A stretch of 64,000 nt of DNA from positions 41,384 through 105,383 of IMG/VR virus record IMGVR_UViG_3300025267_000006; one strand, 5' to 3'. The DNA comes from a virus. Taxonomy: Duplodnaviria; Caudoviricetes. Each line of letters opens with the position of its first letter. Position 1 is the stretch's first letter. Below are positions 45,472 through 56,300 of the stretch, piece after piece. The notes under the pieces are model-generated. The model worked only from the letters and a program-made list of their open reading frames with translations, was not told the origin of the DNA and made no database searches. The position numbers were made by a program, and so were the translations under genes.

Positions 45472-46424
45472 ACCTTACTCCTTACCAGTGTTTTAATTTC
45501 TTCATACAAATCTTTGTTATCTTTCATAGAGGAAACAAAGTTATCCTTACCTATAGCCTTAATCCCATTAAAAGTATACGTGGCCCCTCTACGCTCTATA
45601 ACCCCCAAATCAAGAGCCGTAGAGAATAACTCGTATGTGGGATTTTGTTGACCATCATAATAAAAAGGAACCAAACATTCCTGCAGGGGCTTAAAAGTTT
45701 TATTCTTGGGAGTTCTCATCTTAATGTAGAATCCCCTGTCTCCTATAGACTCACCCTTCGCCATACGTACCATAATTCTACTAAAGAACTCTTGCCCTTT
45801 GCCCCCCGGCAATGATTCTTTAGTTATGTATCCTCCCAATCCCGCCCTAATCTGATTGATCATGATTACGGCAGTGCCTGGAGTTGTAGCACTCATAGCT
45901 ATAGGAAGTTTTCGAAATATCTTATTCATCAAACGTGCATGAAGACCCATCTGCATATCTTCCATACTCCCCTCAGCCTCAGCCGTAGGGAGAAGAGCAG
46001 CGATGGAATCTAAAACTACCAAATCCAATCCACTCTCACAAAGAGCCAGCAAGATATCTAAAGCAGATTCTCCTGTGTGAGGTCTGGAAACAATTAATTC
46101 TTCGGTTTTTAGACCTATTGTCTCAGCCCATATAGGCTCAAAAGCCCATTCTGCATCAACAAAACCACACCGAAGCCCCTGAGACTGTGCATAGGCCATT
46201 ATTCGTTGAGCTATGTATGTCTTGCCACTACCATGATACCCAAAAAATTCAGTTACCGATTGTCGAGGAATTCCCCCACCCAACATTTGATCAAAGGGAG
46301 GGATACCAGTCTCTATACGCTTAATCTCTAGGGATTCAGAGTCCCCTATAGATATATTTGTCTTCAGCTTTTTATTGATTACTTTAACTATATCCTGAAT
46401 ACCTGTTTTATTCTTAGTTGTCAT
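45468..46424 (-). CDS. recA: RecA-family recombinase
   Basis: LGGGIPR, GYHGSGKT, FVDAE, VVLDSIAAL, INQIR, PGGK. Confidence 0.92.
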   Translation of the reverse strand: MTTKNKTGIQDIVKVINKKLKTNISIGDSESLEIKRIETGIPPFDQMLGGGIPRQSVTEFFGYHGSGKTYIAQRIMAYAQSQGLRCGFVDAEWAFEPIWAETIGLKTEELIVSRPHTGESALDILLALCESGLDLVVLDSIAALLPTAEAEGSMEDMQMGLHARLMNKIFRKLPIAMSATTPGTAVIMINQIRAGLGGYITKESLPGGKGQEFFSRIMVRMAKGESIGDRGFYIKMRTPKNKTFKPLQECLVPFYYDGQQNPTYELFSTALDLGVIERRGATYTFNGIKAIGKDNFVSSMKDNKDLYEEIKTLVRSKV

Positions 46425-48198
46425 ATAAATCTCCCCAGCTTTTCTTGGAAGTCTGAACGTCTACTGTTATAGGCATCGAAAAACTATAATCCTGCATTAT
46501 CTCTCGAAGAGGCTCCACATGCTTGATATCCATCCCATCATATAAAATTTGATCGTGGATAGTGTTCCGTATAGACCCACCAACACTCTTCACGTAAAGC
46601 CAAGCCTTATAGAGGCTCAACTTCATCATATCTCCCCCAGTCCCCTGGATGACATAATTCGGAGCAGCGTGGAATCTGTCGGTCACTGAAATCCTACGAC
46701 CAAATAATGTGTGGACATACCCATTCTTTTCGGCAGATGCCTTTTGCTCATCAAAATATGATCTTATACTCGGATAACTATCCCAATAAACATTCAAATA
46801 CCTTTTGGCTGAACTCATTGGTATTTCCGCAAGATCGGCTAAACCCTTCGTTCCAATGCCATAAATAACCCCAAAATTAATGGCCTTGGCTACTTTCCTC
46901 TCATTGCTATCTTTGTCTATCTGGTCTATGGGCTTGTTCAGTATCTGAGCCGCAGTATAAGAATGCATATCATGTCCAGCAACAAAAGCATCAATCATAC
47001 TGCCTTGCTTGGAAACATGGGCCATCAATTTCAATTCAATCTGGCTGAAGTCCATGTCTATAAACAATTCATCTGGAATGAATATTCTACGAATCTTGGG
47101 ATCCTTAGGAACCTGCATAAGATTTGGATTAGATCCAGAAAATCGCCCCGTAATAGTGCCGCATGCATTCCATCGAGCATGGATTCTACCGTTATGGACA
47201 AGCCTAAGATAAGAACGTAAATAAGTATTATTTACCTTTTCAAGCTCTCTCCATTTCAACAAATACTGAGCTACCACGGACCCCTCAGTATGCCTGATAG
47301 CCTTTAAAGCCTTCTCACCTGTAGACCAATTCCCTTTTTCTGTGATAAAGACACTTTTATTATTCTTTTTATCGATTGATTTACCTATATTCAAACGATC
47401 ATAGAAATAATTCCCTAGCTGCTTGCTAGACCCTATATCTATAGGTTTTCCAATTACCTTATATATTTGATCGGTCAGACCTCTCTGACGGTCTACAACC
47501 CGTTGTTGTAGCTCCTGTATGTACTCCTGGTCAATCAGGATACCCTCTCGTTCCATATCCATTACCACAGGGATCAACTTCATTTCCAGATCAAATAATC
47601 TTCCAGCTTGTTTCTTCACTACAGGTACATATTTATAGGCAAGAGCTTTCGTTAAAACAGTGTCATTCGCTGCATATGGATCCATCACCTCCGCAGGAAC
47701 ATGCTCATAACTCTTTAATTTGTACTGCTTCAAATACTCAGATACCAAATCTTCGTGATATGTAGCTGCAATGCCGTAGTTCTCCTCTCCCCACGTCTTC
47801 AAGGCATTGCTGGTAGAAGAGTTGAGCAAATGGGAAACACGTAGCGTATCAATAACATTCTTGGAGGGAGCAACACCGTAAGTTTCCCGTATCATATGCA
47901 AATCGAATTCTGCATTGTGATAGACGAAAGTCTTGCCATCACAGGCAAAAAGATCCCTGAGGAGAATGCCTATCTTCTCTACGCCAAACGTAGAGTTTCT
48001 AATAAAGGTAGATCGGTCATCCCAGGCAAATGCTACCCCGAACGCCCTGTCTACTGTCCAATTTAATCCCGAAGTCTCAGTGTCCACCGCCACATAATCA
48101 TCATGGCTGTTTAAAATCTCAGTCTTTAAAAGATCAAGATTCTCAACTTGATAGGGCTTGGACGAGACAATAGGATTCTTGTCTTTCGTCATTGTCAA
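46414..48198 (-). CDS. polA: Family A DNA polymerase with 3'-5' exonuclease
   Basis: AVDTETSG, HNAEFD, YAAND; TGRFSGSNPNLMQVP, DFSQIELK, RKVAKAINFGVIYG, NYVIQGTGGD, TIHDQ. Confidence 0.95.
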   Translation of the reverse strand: MTMTKDKNPIVSSKPYQVENLDLLKTEILNSHDDYVAVDTETSGLNWTVDRAFGVAFAWDDRSTFIRNSTFGVEKIGILLRDLFACDGKTFVYHNAEFDLHMIRETYGVAPSKNVIDTLRVSHLLNSSTSNALKTWGEENYGIAATYHEDLVSEYLKQYKLKSYEHVPAEVMDPYAANDTVLTKALAYKYVPVVKKQAGRLFDLEMKLIPVVMDMEREGILIDQEYIQELQQRVVDRQRGLTDQIYKVIGKPIDIGSSKQLGNYFYDRLNIGKSIDKKNNKSVFITEKGNWSTGEKALKAIRHTEGSVVAQYLLKWRELEKVNNTYLRSYLRLVHNGRIHARWNACGTITGRFSGSNPNLMQVPKDPKIRRIFIPDELFIDMDFSQIELKLMAHVSKQGSMIDAFVAGHDMHSYTAAQILNKPIDQIDKDSNERKVAKAINFGVIYGIGTKGLADLAEIPMSSAKRYLNVYWDSYPSIRSYFDEQKASAEKNGYVHTLFGRRISVTDRFHAAPNYVIQGTGGDMMKLSLYKAWLYVKSVGGSIRNTIHDQILYDGMDIKHVEPLREIMQDYSFSMPITVDVQTSKKSWGDLYDN

Positions 48199-49222
48199 TC
48201 CTGTATGCTTTCATTCGTTCATTGGCGTTGCTAATAATTACATCATCTCCATCCACCGCAGCTACACACGCACCAAAAAACTCGGCATTGAAGTTCATGT
48301 CGTCAAATTCCTTGAAAATCTCCACATTGTTCAGCACCAAATCAGTCTCAATCTGAGACTTAGTAGCATACAGTTCCAAACTACTATTCACCTGACTAAA
48401 TCTGACCTGCTTCATATCTGATGTAATATTGACAAGCTGAAGCATGTTCTGAAGCTCTTTCTTATTGGCCTTAAAAAGTTTATCAGACGATTCATCTATC
48501 AATCTGGACATATCTGGATATTTCCCACTGTAAGGGGGAGAAACTACGACTCTCTCACTCCCCACCTCGGACAAAACTAATATTCCCCTCTCCGTAAGAC
48601 CTATAGATATCTCTTTAGACCTAGAAAATATCTTGGTCATGAGGAGTCCACACTCCCTAGGGAGCAAAAAGGACTCAAACGTTTGAGCATCATCATACTC
48701 AAGGTCTGATATATACAATTTCATCGCATCGCTCGCAGTTATCCTCAACAATCCAGAGGATAAAGGAGAAACGTAATAACAGGTAAGAGCCGGAGCATGC
48801 TCAGTTCTAGCCAAGAAATTCAGACCCTGGCTAAGAGAGTGTATAAAATCGTTCCCAACCACAATCTGACTTACAGTGTCGGGAGGAGGATCAACTCCAG
48901 TTTCCACGCTCTCAAGAAACGGTAATCGTACTCTCGATTTACCGAAGGAAATATTTAATTTCTTATCCTTGACAGACATCGAAATAACACTACTGGTACA
49001 GGCATTCACAATCTTAGTGAGCTTGTCACATTCAACTGTGAAAAACATAGGCTCCGACTCTTCCACAGGTATGGCATCCCATACTCGGACGAATCCGGGT
49101 TGCCAAAGCCGTAAAATTCCATCAGAAACCTGGCCCACCAATGCCTCATTTTTTTGCTTTTTGGAATTGGTGTTGATGTAGCTCAGGCTACTATGTAAAA
49201 GAGTTCTATCTATTTTTACCAA
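48143..49222 (-). CDS. Beta sliding clamp-like protein
   Basis: 359 aa; ASDAMKL, GKYPDMSRLI and FNAEFF resemble DnaN landmarks; next to the polymerase. Confidence 0.7.
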   Translation of the reverse strand: MVKIDRTLLHSSLSYINTNSKKQKNEALVGQVSDGILRLWQPGFVRVWDAIPVEESEPMFFTVECDKLTKIVNACTSSVISMSVKDKKLNISFGKSRVRLPFLESVETGVDPPPDTVSQIVVGNDFIHSLSQGLNFLARTEHAPALTCYYVSPLSSGLLRITASDAMKLYISDLEYDDAQTFESFLLPRECGLLMTKIFSRSKEISIGLTERGILVLSEVGSERVVVSPPYSGKYPDMSRLIDESSDKLFKANKKELQNMLQLVNITSDMKQVRFSQVNSSLELYATKSQIETDLVLNNVEIFKEFDDMNFNAEFFGACVAAVDGDDVIISNANERMKAYRIDNDERQESYCLVQALSS

Positions 49223-49566
49223 TCTGTATCCTTATCACTGTCAGATACGCTCATGACTGCTCCATCACCAGCAGCAAGTCGAGTCTTCAACTCGCTCACA
49301 TCTGCTTCAAATTCGGCTATACGTCGATGAATCTCTGTCAAGGCCGAAGGCTTCTCAGCCAATTCAGAAGAATCCACAATCGTATCCATGTTCTCTTCAA
49401 TAGCTGCCCACACCTCCTTGATAGCAGCCAAACTCCTCTCAATCTGAGGAGCGATATCCGTCTCAGTTTCAATATCTGAGATAGTTATCTCCGGGCGGAA
49501 GAAGTTGTAACCCCCGCCGCTGTTCATCTTTAGCGTCAAACCTAACGTCACACTCACTTTAGACAT
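49216..49566 (-). CDS. Hypothetical protein
   Basis: KVSVTLGLTLKM...YNFFR beta-rich N-terminus; GAGG RBS. Confidence 0.65.
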   Translation of the reverse strand: MSKVSVTLGLTLKMNSGGGYNFFRPEITISDIETETDIAPQIERSLAAIKEVWAAIEENMDTIVDSSELAEKPSALTEIHRRIAEFEADVSELKTRLAAGDGAVMSVSDSDKDTDW

Positions 49567-49590
49567 AGTATTTTTACCTCATTTCCCTTT

Positions 49591-50619
49591 TTAAAAATCT
49601 TCAAGGACTTCAGTATCAGTATTGCCCATTGTTGAGAACGGATCGGTCCCCGTATCAGATTCCTCCGACTCATCTGGCTGTTTAATTTCCTCTGAAACAT
49701 CAGGCAGAGAGTCTGAAATCTTATCCATCGCTTCCTGGTGTGCCTCTTTGTCTTCCACCGTAAAGGCTACTAAATCTAGCCCCTGGATCTGACCAGAGGC
49801 TATCCTGTCTAAACGAGGCAGATCTTTGATAGCCTCTTGTACACGTTCCTTGCCGAGTTTAGGAACCTCAATATCGCTTGGGAACACAGGATAGTTAATA
49901 AACCCCCGCCCACTTGAATCCTGTTGCTTGTGGAACTCGTAGACTTTGGTAGTTATATCTCCATACCTCTCGGCATGAGTACGTAGACTCTCCCTTGTAG
50001 GACGGGCGATTTTCAACAATTGCGGCTTCATGACAGTCTCTCTGTAATATGTTTTACTGCCCACCTGCATCTCGTCCCAAACATCCACTTCCCCCGATTC
50101 TCTGCGAGAGACTGCCCATGGAGCGTTATAATCTGAACTATTCTCATCTACGGCTGGATTCTGAGAGAGATGGAAGGAATAGTAGTGCAGAACCCAATAG
50201 TGATACCGCTGTTTCACCGCAGAGTTAAATCCGTCAGGAGTACCATTACTATTCCTAGATGGTTTTCCATCCACATAACAAGGCGGCTCATCATACCCAA
50301 GTAGCTGGCAGCGACATTTACTGGGTTCAATCACATGACCCGTGGAGTCCTGGTTCAGATCCCCGCAGTACAGATAATCCGTGAACCGCTTACCTGCAGC
50401 ACTCTGACCAGCGTGGTACATATAAAATGATTCATCTGCCAGTATATTTTTAGGTGTATCGCCCCCCTTTGGGTTTCCAAATGGGGAAATAAATCTAATG
50501 ACCGCAAATTCCCCTACATTTCTGGGGCGCACCTCATGCATCCACATCTGATTAGCACTCGAACCGCCGCCGCCTCTTGAAGTAGATCCTCTTTTTTCAA
50601 ACTCATCCATCAATGGCAT
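49591..50619 (-). CDS. Putative single-stranded DNA-binding protein (gp32-like)
   Basis: Position in the replication operon; VIRF motif, His/Cys cluster, acidic tail ending EVLEDF. Confidence 0.55.
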   Translation of the reverse strand: MPLMDEFEKRGSTSRGGGGSSANQMWMHEVRPRNVGEFAVIRFISPFGNPKGGDTPKNILADESFYMYHAGQSAAGKRFTDYLYCGDLNQDSTGHVIEPSKCRCQLLGYDEPPCYVDGKPSRNSNGTPDGFNSAVKQRYHYWVLHYYSFHLSQNPAVDENSSDYNAPWAVSRRESGEVDVWDEMQVGSKTYYRETVMKPQLLKIARPTRESLRTHAERYGDITTKVYEFHKQQDSSGRGFINYPVFPSDIEVPKLGKERVQEAIKDLPRLDRIASGQIQGLDLVAFTVEDKEAHQEAMDKISDSLPDVSEEIKQPDESEESDTGTDPFSTMGNTDTEVLEDF

Positions 50620-50621
50620 TT

Positions 50622-51542
50622 TTAGCTCCTTATTATGTATTCCAGATCTCTGTTTATTGCTTTTAATTCGTATGGACTTATGATTTTTAAATTACTTAAA
50701 TCAACCGCATCTCCAAAATCTTTTGCCTGTCCCGGAGCGGTTGTGTAGTCAACAGAAAACCCATATTTACCTACTAATTTTTTAGTATTTGTTTCGGTGA
50801 TACGCACACCCGAATCATCCTTGTCCACACATAGGACTATGTGACTCCCTAACTCTCCCAGCAACCTACACTGATTGTCAGAAATCACTCCACCCAGAGT
50901 GCAGACCGTATTTCTAAGCCCTAATTGGTGGGCCTTAATAGCATCAAACGGTCCCTCACAAACGTACACCGTGCTACTGTTAGGTTCAAACAAATCAAAC
51001 GGATAGATGAGTATGTCCCTTGGCAGACTATTGGAATTTAGGTATTTGGGATTAGAGCTTATATTGCGACGAATATAACCAATCAACTCTCCTCTCATAC
51101 AAATCGGTATAACAATACAGTCATCATCGGCATGATATCGGAGGTCAAACCTACGAACAGTCTCATCCGTAATTCCTCGTCCCATCAAATACTCGTTTTT
51201 CTCTGCTAACGGCAACGACATCACATCGTAACCGTCATCGGACTCAATATCAGCATCATGATCAAAATCAATTACTGGCATGAAATTAGATATGTCGGCT
51301 GCAAACAGCGTTAGATACTTATTCGCCACCACTCCAGTTTCATCCAACTTCTCAAACAGGCTAAGAAGCCCCCCAGACCCCTTCACGCAACCCGAAAAAC
51401 AGTGGAACATGCCCTTGACATGATTTATAGCTAGAGACGCATTCTGATCATCATGCCAGGGGCAATAGGCCAGAACCTCATCTCCAGTTGACTTAGCAAC
51501 TTTCAATTGAGCTATTTGTGAGAGAAATTCACGTATTGTCAT
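50622..51542 (-). CDS. DNA primase (CHC2 zinc finger plus TOPRIM)
   Basis: CPWHDD...HCFSGC, PKYLNS, VCEGPFDA, DKDDSG, KDFGD. Confidence 0.92.
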   Translation of the reverse strand: MTIREFLSQIAQLKVAKSTGDEVLAYCPWHDDQNASLAINHVKGMFHCFSGCVKGSGGLLSLFEKLDETGVVANKYLTLFAADISNFMPVIDFDHDADIESDDGYDVMSLPLAEKNEYLMGRGITDETVRRFDLRYHADDDCIVIPICMRGELIGYIRRNISSNPKYLNSNSLPRDILIYPFDLFEPNSSTVYVCEGPFDAIKAHQLGLRNTVCTLGGVISDNQCRLLGELGSHIVLCVDKDDSGVRITETNTKKLVGKYGFSVDYTTAPGQAKDFGDAVDLSNLKIISPYELKAINRDLEYIIRS

Positions 51543-51738
51543 TCTGCACCCGTCCCAAAACTGCCAATATCAAAAGAGACACACTTAGTGTTAACACACT
51601 AAAAAAGAATGTCCCTGCAATTATCCCCAAATAAATATTTTCCTCCCCCGCTATCCAAAATGACCCCCAAACAATAAAACCAACTATAGATAAATAAAGA
51701 CTACCACTCAGAACTATCAATAAGATTCGGAGGAGCAC
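51529..51738 (-). CDS. Small two-TM membrane protein (probable GTG start)
   Basis: Hydrophobic 3' part of track ORF 51529..52008; in-frame GTG at 51738. Confidence 0.4.
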   Translation of the reverse strand: MLLRILLIVLSGSLYLSIVGFIVWGSFWIAGEENIYLGIIAGTFFFSVLTLSVSLLILAVLGRVQNDNT

Positions 51739-52996
51739 TTGAAACTGTACGCCCAATGTCGCCTTGATCGGGTACAAAGGTGATCTCAAAGCTGTCATTA
51801 AAGCTCGGCCCAGACCGGGCAAGTGGAACATTAATTTTGCGAGTTGTGTCCTCAAGCGATCTAGCCCCAACTCCAAAGAGAATGTCAACAGTCCGGGCAA
51901 AATCGAAACCGTATGCGGTATCTGTAGGCGGGGGCGGTTCTCCATCATTGTCCTGACTTTTTTGAGCACCATGTCTATTAATTTGATTTGTCGCATATAC
52001 GAGTACATTATGTTTCACCGCCAGAGATTTTAAACTTATTGAAATGCTTCTAATTTGTTCCCACGCAGCAGTTAACTTCTCATCAGATCGCAATAGATAT
52101 ATACCGTCTACAATTACAACATCAGGCGATTCTTGAGTGATAACCGTGTCCAACTCTGACGGAGATGGCTTCAGGTTGAAAACTTGGTCGTATTGTATCC
52201 ATCGGTCTTCTTTGTTTGCCGAAATAGACTCTAGATAAGATTTATACTCATCACCAATCGAAGGATCACCCCTCTGTATAGCTTGATACGACAGTGTATA
52301 TCCAAATAACGTAGACAAAATTACATCTGAGCGTATGCCCATTTCCAAAGCCGATAATTCGGGGCTAATAAGTAGAACTTTATGCCCCTCTTCAAATGCT
52401 TGGGAAGCACATTTCCACGCTATCCAGGATTTACCAATCTTAGTGTCAGCTTGAATGCCAACTAATTGCTGTTTCTGTAGCCAGATGTTGTTCTCATCTA
52501 GCGGTTGTATTCCAGTTTTTATCCGATTCACCGTTTCATCATCCCTTCTAGCCAAGTACGACTGCCATCGACTCTCAGTAGTACGTTCAAGAGAGGATCT
52601 ATGGGTGGTATCTGGCTTTGCTATTCGCTCCAAAGTCTTTGAGAGCAGCATCACGCCGTCATTAGGAGACTCTTGGAGCCATTTTTGGGCAGTTGCAATT
52701 GCCATGTATGCTTTTTGACGAGTATTTATCGTGGCATATTGCTGTGCAATGTAGTCGAAATTATCTATGGGGGCGGGGTCAAACGGCGTAGCCGTATTCG
52801 CAAAAGTCGAGGAGATTAGCGTGGGAGTGGGAGCAGAACCCTGATCAATTATGTAATCAAAAATAAATTTTGCTGGTTCTTGGAAATAGAAAAACGATTC
52901 AGACGTAATACCATACTTTTGCTGAAGAGAGTAGAGGTGGGTAGGGGTCTGAATCGAAGAGAGTAGTATCTTCTCAGCCTGAGATGGCTCTAGCAT
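51701..52996 (-). CDS. DnaB-like replicative helicase
   Basis: IKTGIQPLD, ADTKIGKS, ISPELS, VIVDGIYLL, LKSLA, TNQINR. Confidence 0.88.
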   Translation of the reverse strand: MLEPSQAEKILLSSIQTPTHLYSLQQKYGITSESFFYFQEPAKFIFDYIIDQGSAPTPTLISSTFANTATPFDPAPIDNFDYIAQQYATINTRQKAYMAIATAQKWLQESPNDGVMLLSKTLERIAKPDTTHRSSLERTTESRWQSYLARRDDETVNRIKTGIQPLDENNIWLQKQQLVGIQADTKIGKSWIAWKCASQAFEEGHKVLLISPELSALEMGIRSDVILSTLFGYTLSYQAIQRGDPSIGDEYKSYLESISANKEDRWIQYDQVFNLKPSPSELDTVITQESPDVVIVDGIYLLRSDEKLTAAWEQIRSISISLKSLAVKHNVLVYATNQINRHGAQKSQDNDGEPPPPTDTAYGFDFARTVDILFGVGARSLEDTTRKINVPLARSGPSFNDSFEITFVPDQGDIGRTVSSAPPNLIDSSEW

Positions 52997-53081
52997 AGTT
53001 GCCTTTTCTTTGATTTACGGCATAGAAGCACAATTATGTGTTGTGCTCGAATTTGCCTATTTCTAAAGTTTTGTTACGGGC

Positions 53082-53110
53082 ATCATACCTGAAGCTAGAT
53101 CACGTGTCAA
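53082..53110 (-). promoter_or_regulatory. Sigma70-type promoter of the replication operon
   Basis: GTGC-TTGACA, 17 nt, TATGAT on the minus strand. Confidence 0.8.
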
Positions 53111-53120
53111 GCACCTTCTT

Positions 53121-53363
53121 TTATCCATTTAGTCGTATAGAATCTGCGGCATCCTTCATTACTGAGATCTTTTTATCCAGCCTGTACTCCAGAATTTTTG
53201 CCTTATACAGGGAGTCCCATAACTCCGTACCCTTCTCAGCGGACTGTGATGCAGAATTAGCCGCCCTCATCTCAATTGGGTACTCTTTGCGACGTACCCT
53301 TCGAACCCCACTGACCCTTTGAGGAAACGTTCTATGCAAGTCCGCCATCGTAATGCCTACCAC
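53121..53363 (-). CDS. Hypothetical protein
   Basis: 80-aa ORF after the tail gene; start uncertain. Confidence 0.5.
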   Translation of the reverse strand: MVGITMADLHRTFPQRVSGVRRVRRKEYPIEMRAANSASQSAEKGTELWDSLYKAKILEYRLDKKISVMKDAADSIRLNG

Positions 53364-56300
53364 CTCTAGAAGAGTTAAATACCACTAGATACATAATATT
53401 TAGTCCAGATCCATCAGTCTCATCATACTCAGTGCCATCGGCAGTCTTAGCGGCTATCCTAAAACCTTGGAATACCACCTTGCTATCTACGGTAGCTGTG
53501 ACCCAGCTATCTACCTCTGCATAACAACCAGCTTGGGTCGTATGTCTGCTAGTTTCAACCTGTAAAAAGACCATGGGGCGAGATTTCAAATTAGGAAGTA
53601 TCTTAGATAGAGAAACTTTTCCATTATTGCCGTTGGTAACCCTAGCAACCCCGGAAACTCCTACAAATAGTTCATGATGTAGGTCAATTGGGAATCTCGT
53701 CCCATCTGCCGAAGTAGAAGTATTGTCATCATCCCCATAGTCGCTGTAGTTAAAAATTCCCCTGTGAGCTACATAAAGACCGTTTCCAAGCTGAGAACCC
53801 GCACTATTTGCGGCTTGATCGTGAGTTCTGAGATATATGGTCGCTTCTTTATCCTCTGGGTAAAAATGATCCCTTCTAGTCTGCTCTGCTGCATTAGAAG
53901 GAACATTTAGATTCTCACCCTCAATGTTATCTCCAGACCCAGATCCCTCCTGTGCAGCATCATTAGCATTGCTGCCCCCCGTTATCTGCTCCCTACCCAA
54001 TAGAGTAATTCCAGCCCCATCAACCTGTCTAACATTGGTTCCAGTAGCAACAATATCTGGGCGAACCTGGGTAGTATCAATTCTCAATTGAGTTCGATCC
54101 GATTTTCCAGCCGCATAATCTGAATAAACATTAAAATTCCAACGGTAGTCGTCGGCCTGTTCTCTGGCACCGCCCCCACTGGTAACAACACTACCAAATG
54201 TTCCTACAGGGTCATATGAAAAACGTCCAACTATCCTAGACGGCCCCTCTGGGAGGAAATCCATGCCATGTTCCACTACAGTATCTAGTGTAGTGAAAGA
54301 TGCTCTGGCTAATTCTCTTGTACGTGATGAGAGATCACGTAAAACCTTCTTATCACTTGCTCCCGCTTCTATGACCCTATCTAAATCCCTATAAAGAACC
54401 ATCTGACACGCCGAAGCCAATGGATCATATGCTATAGAAGCAAGCAACCAGGATTCGTTATATATACCTTTTATAGGAATCACTATATTTACAAGGTCCC
54501 CAACCTGAACCGCCTGGGGATGACCATTATAGGAATATACAGGCCAACTTTGTGTTGAAACATGACATTCTCTAATAGACTCAATACTCCCTCCAGGGCG
54601 AAGAGCATTTAACAGCCTATTCGCACGTTGTTCAGCCTGAACAGAATTAGTGATGGTAGTATCGTAATAATTCTTCTCTCTTATTACATGAAAATTAGTG
54701 ACTGATTCATCATCTACAGCAGTCCCATACGCACCAGACTGCCCACGTACAACTACCTTATTCACAAACTCGGACGGCCTATCACCCACCGAATAACCAA
54801 GCATCTGAATAGTATGGTCTCCAGCCAAACTACCAGAAGACAAAGTCAGACCGTACTTCTGAGGAGATGAATGCCTAGTATCAGTCACCCCAGTTATGGT
54901 TCCAGTATCCTTAGTTACATTGTCCCAATTATTAGGTCCATATAAAATCTGTCTCGCAGATACCACTCCCACAGTACCGCTATCAGTGGATATTCTTGCC
55001 CTCACATAAAATCCCGTCTGACCCGCCCCCCAATCTCCCCTATGATCAACACCAGCAGTATTGCTGGTGTTGTCTATCATTCCAGGTTGCCCCGGTCTCC
55101 AATTGTTGGGCATGCTCCAATGGACTTCTGCAAATGACTCTGGGGCACATTTAAACCCATCAGTTCCGTCGAATAAGTCCGGCAGGGTACTCCAACCATA
55201 GGCATAATTAAAATATTCCCATGTCACAGCAAACTCAGCGGTAGAAGTCAGACTGGCTCCATTGTATATATGGAAACGAAGCTGGGTGAATGGCTCGTGA
55301 GCACCAAAGAATGCCATATCCCCAGCAGCCTGACCTGTTGGGAAAAGAGCCAATCCAGAACCACTTAACACAAAACAAGTACCTGCACCACCAACCGCCG
55401 TTACATTTGCTCCATGAGTTATGGTGAACTTAGAGGTGTTATCTTCTGTCGGAGTAAGAACATTGGTAATAGTGTATTGAGCATTAATTGTTGGAGTACT
55501 ATCAGTACCCGTAAACGTTACCTGATCCCCAGACTGTAACGAAAAAGTTTCTACTGCATATGATCCAGTAGGATCCATATTATGACCAACTGTTATAGTC
55601 GCCGTAGTATCGACTGGATCGGAAATAGCTATATCTGTGACGGTAAATGAGTGAGCAGAAAAATAACGTACCTGCTGATTTCTCCCCTTCACATGGCTGC
55701 TGACTATAGTATTGTCAGCATGAGCTACTGCAGTTGTACCATCCCTTCCCCGTACTACCCCTGTAAGAGTATTGCTACTTACTCCAGTGTAAGAAACTAT
55801 TTCATTTGTCCCATTTGTTGGATCGTATAGCTCTACTGAGCCAGTAGTGGGGAAATCAGCATTAGCCTGAGTATAAAAAGCACTACCCGACTCTAAGGTT
55901 AGAGTAGTTACACTATCAGTATGACTCCCACTGAGCATAGAAACCGCAGATAGGCTCAAAGAGTTACTCTCAAGCAGATTCGTACTTGCATCATGCATAG
56001 CAAAGAAATCTAGTGGTGTTTGGCAGCTTGAAGCTGTCCCAGCCCACCCATAACGACCCGCAGCAGTAGCAGTAAAAGTACTTGCCGTACCCCTATTAAC
56101 CTTCCAAGGCTCTTTACCCCTGTCGTAATACTTCAAATGGGCCTGATCTGCAGTACGAATACTGACAAGTTCTGCTGGATTAGTAGGGGCCGTAGGAGTC
56201 AACCATTGAATCTTTGTCCAATATAAAGATTTACCGTTAGGAGGATAGGTATAACCAGTACATGTCACTGCTCCAGTACCAGTTACAGCTAAATCACGTA

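Noticed and set aside
51529-52008. Full 159-aa ORF
   Set aside because: About 300 nt overlap the helicase in another frame; only the hydrophobic 3' part is plausible.
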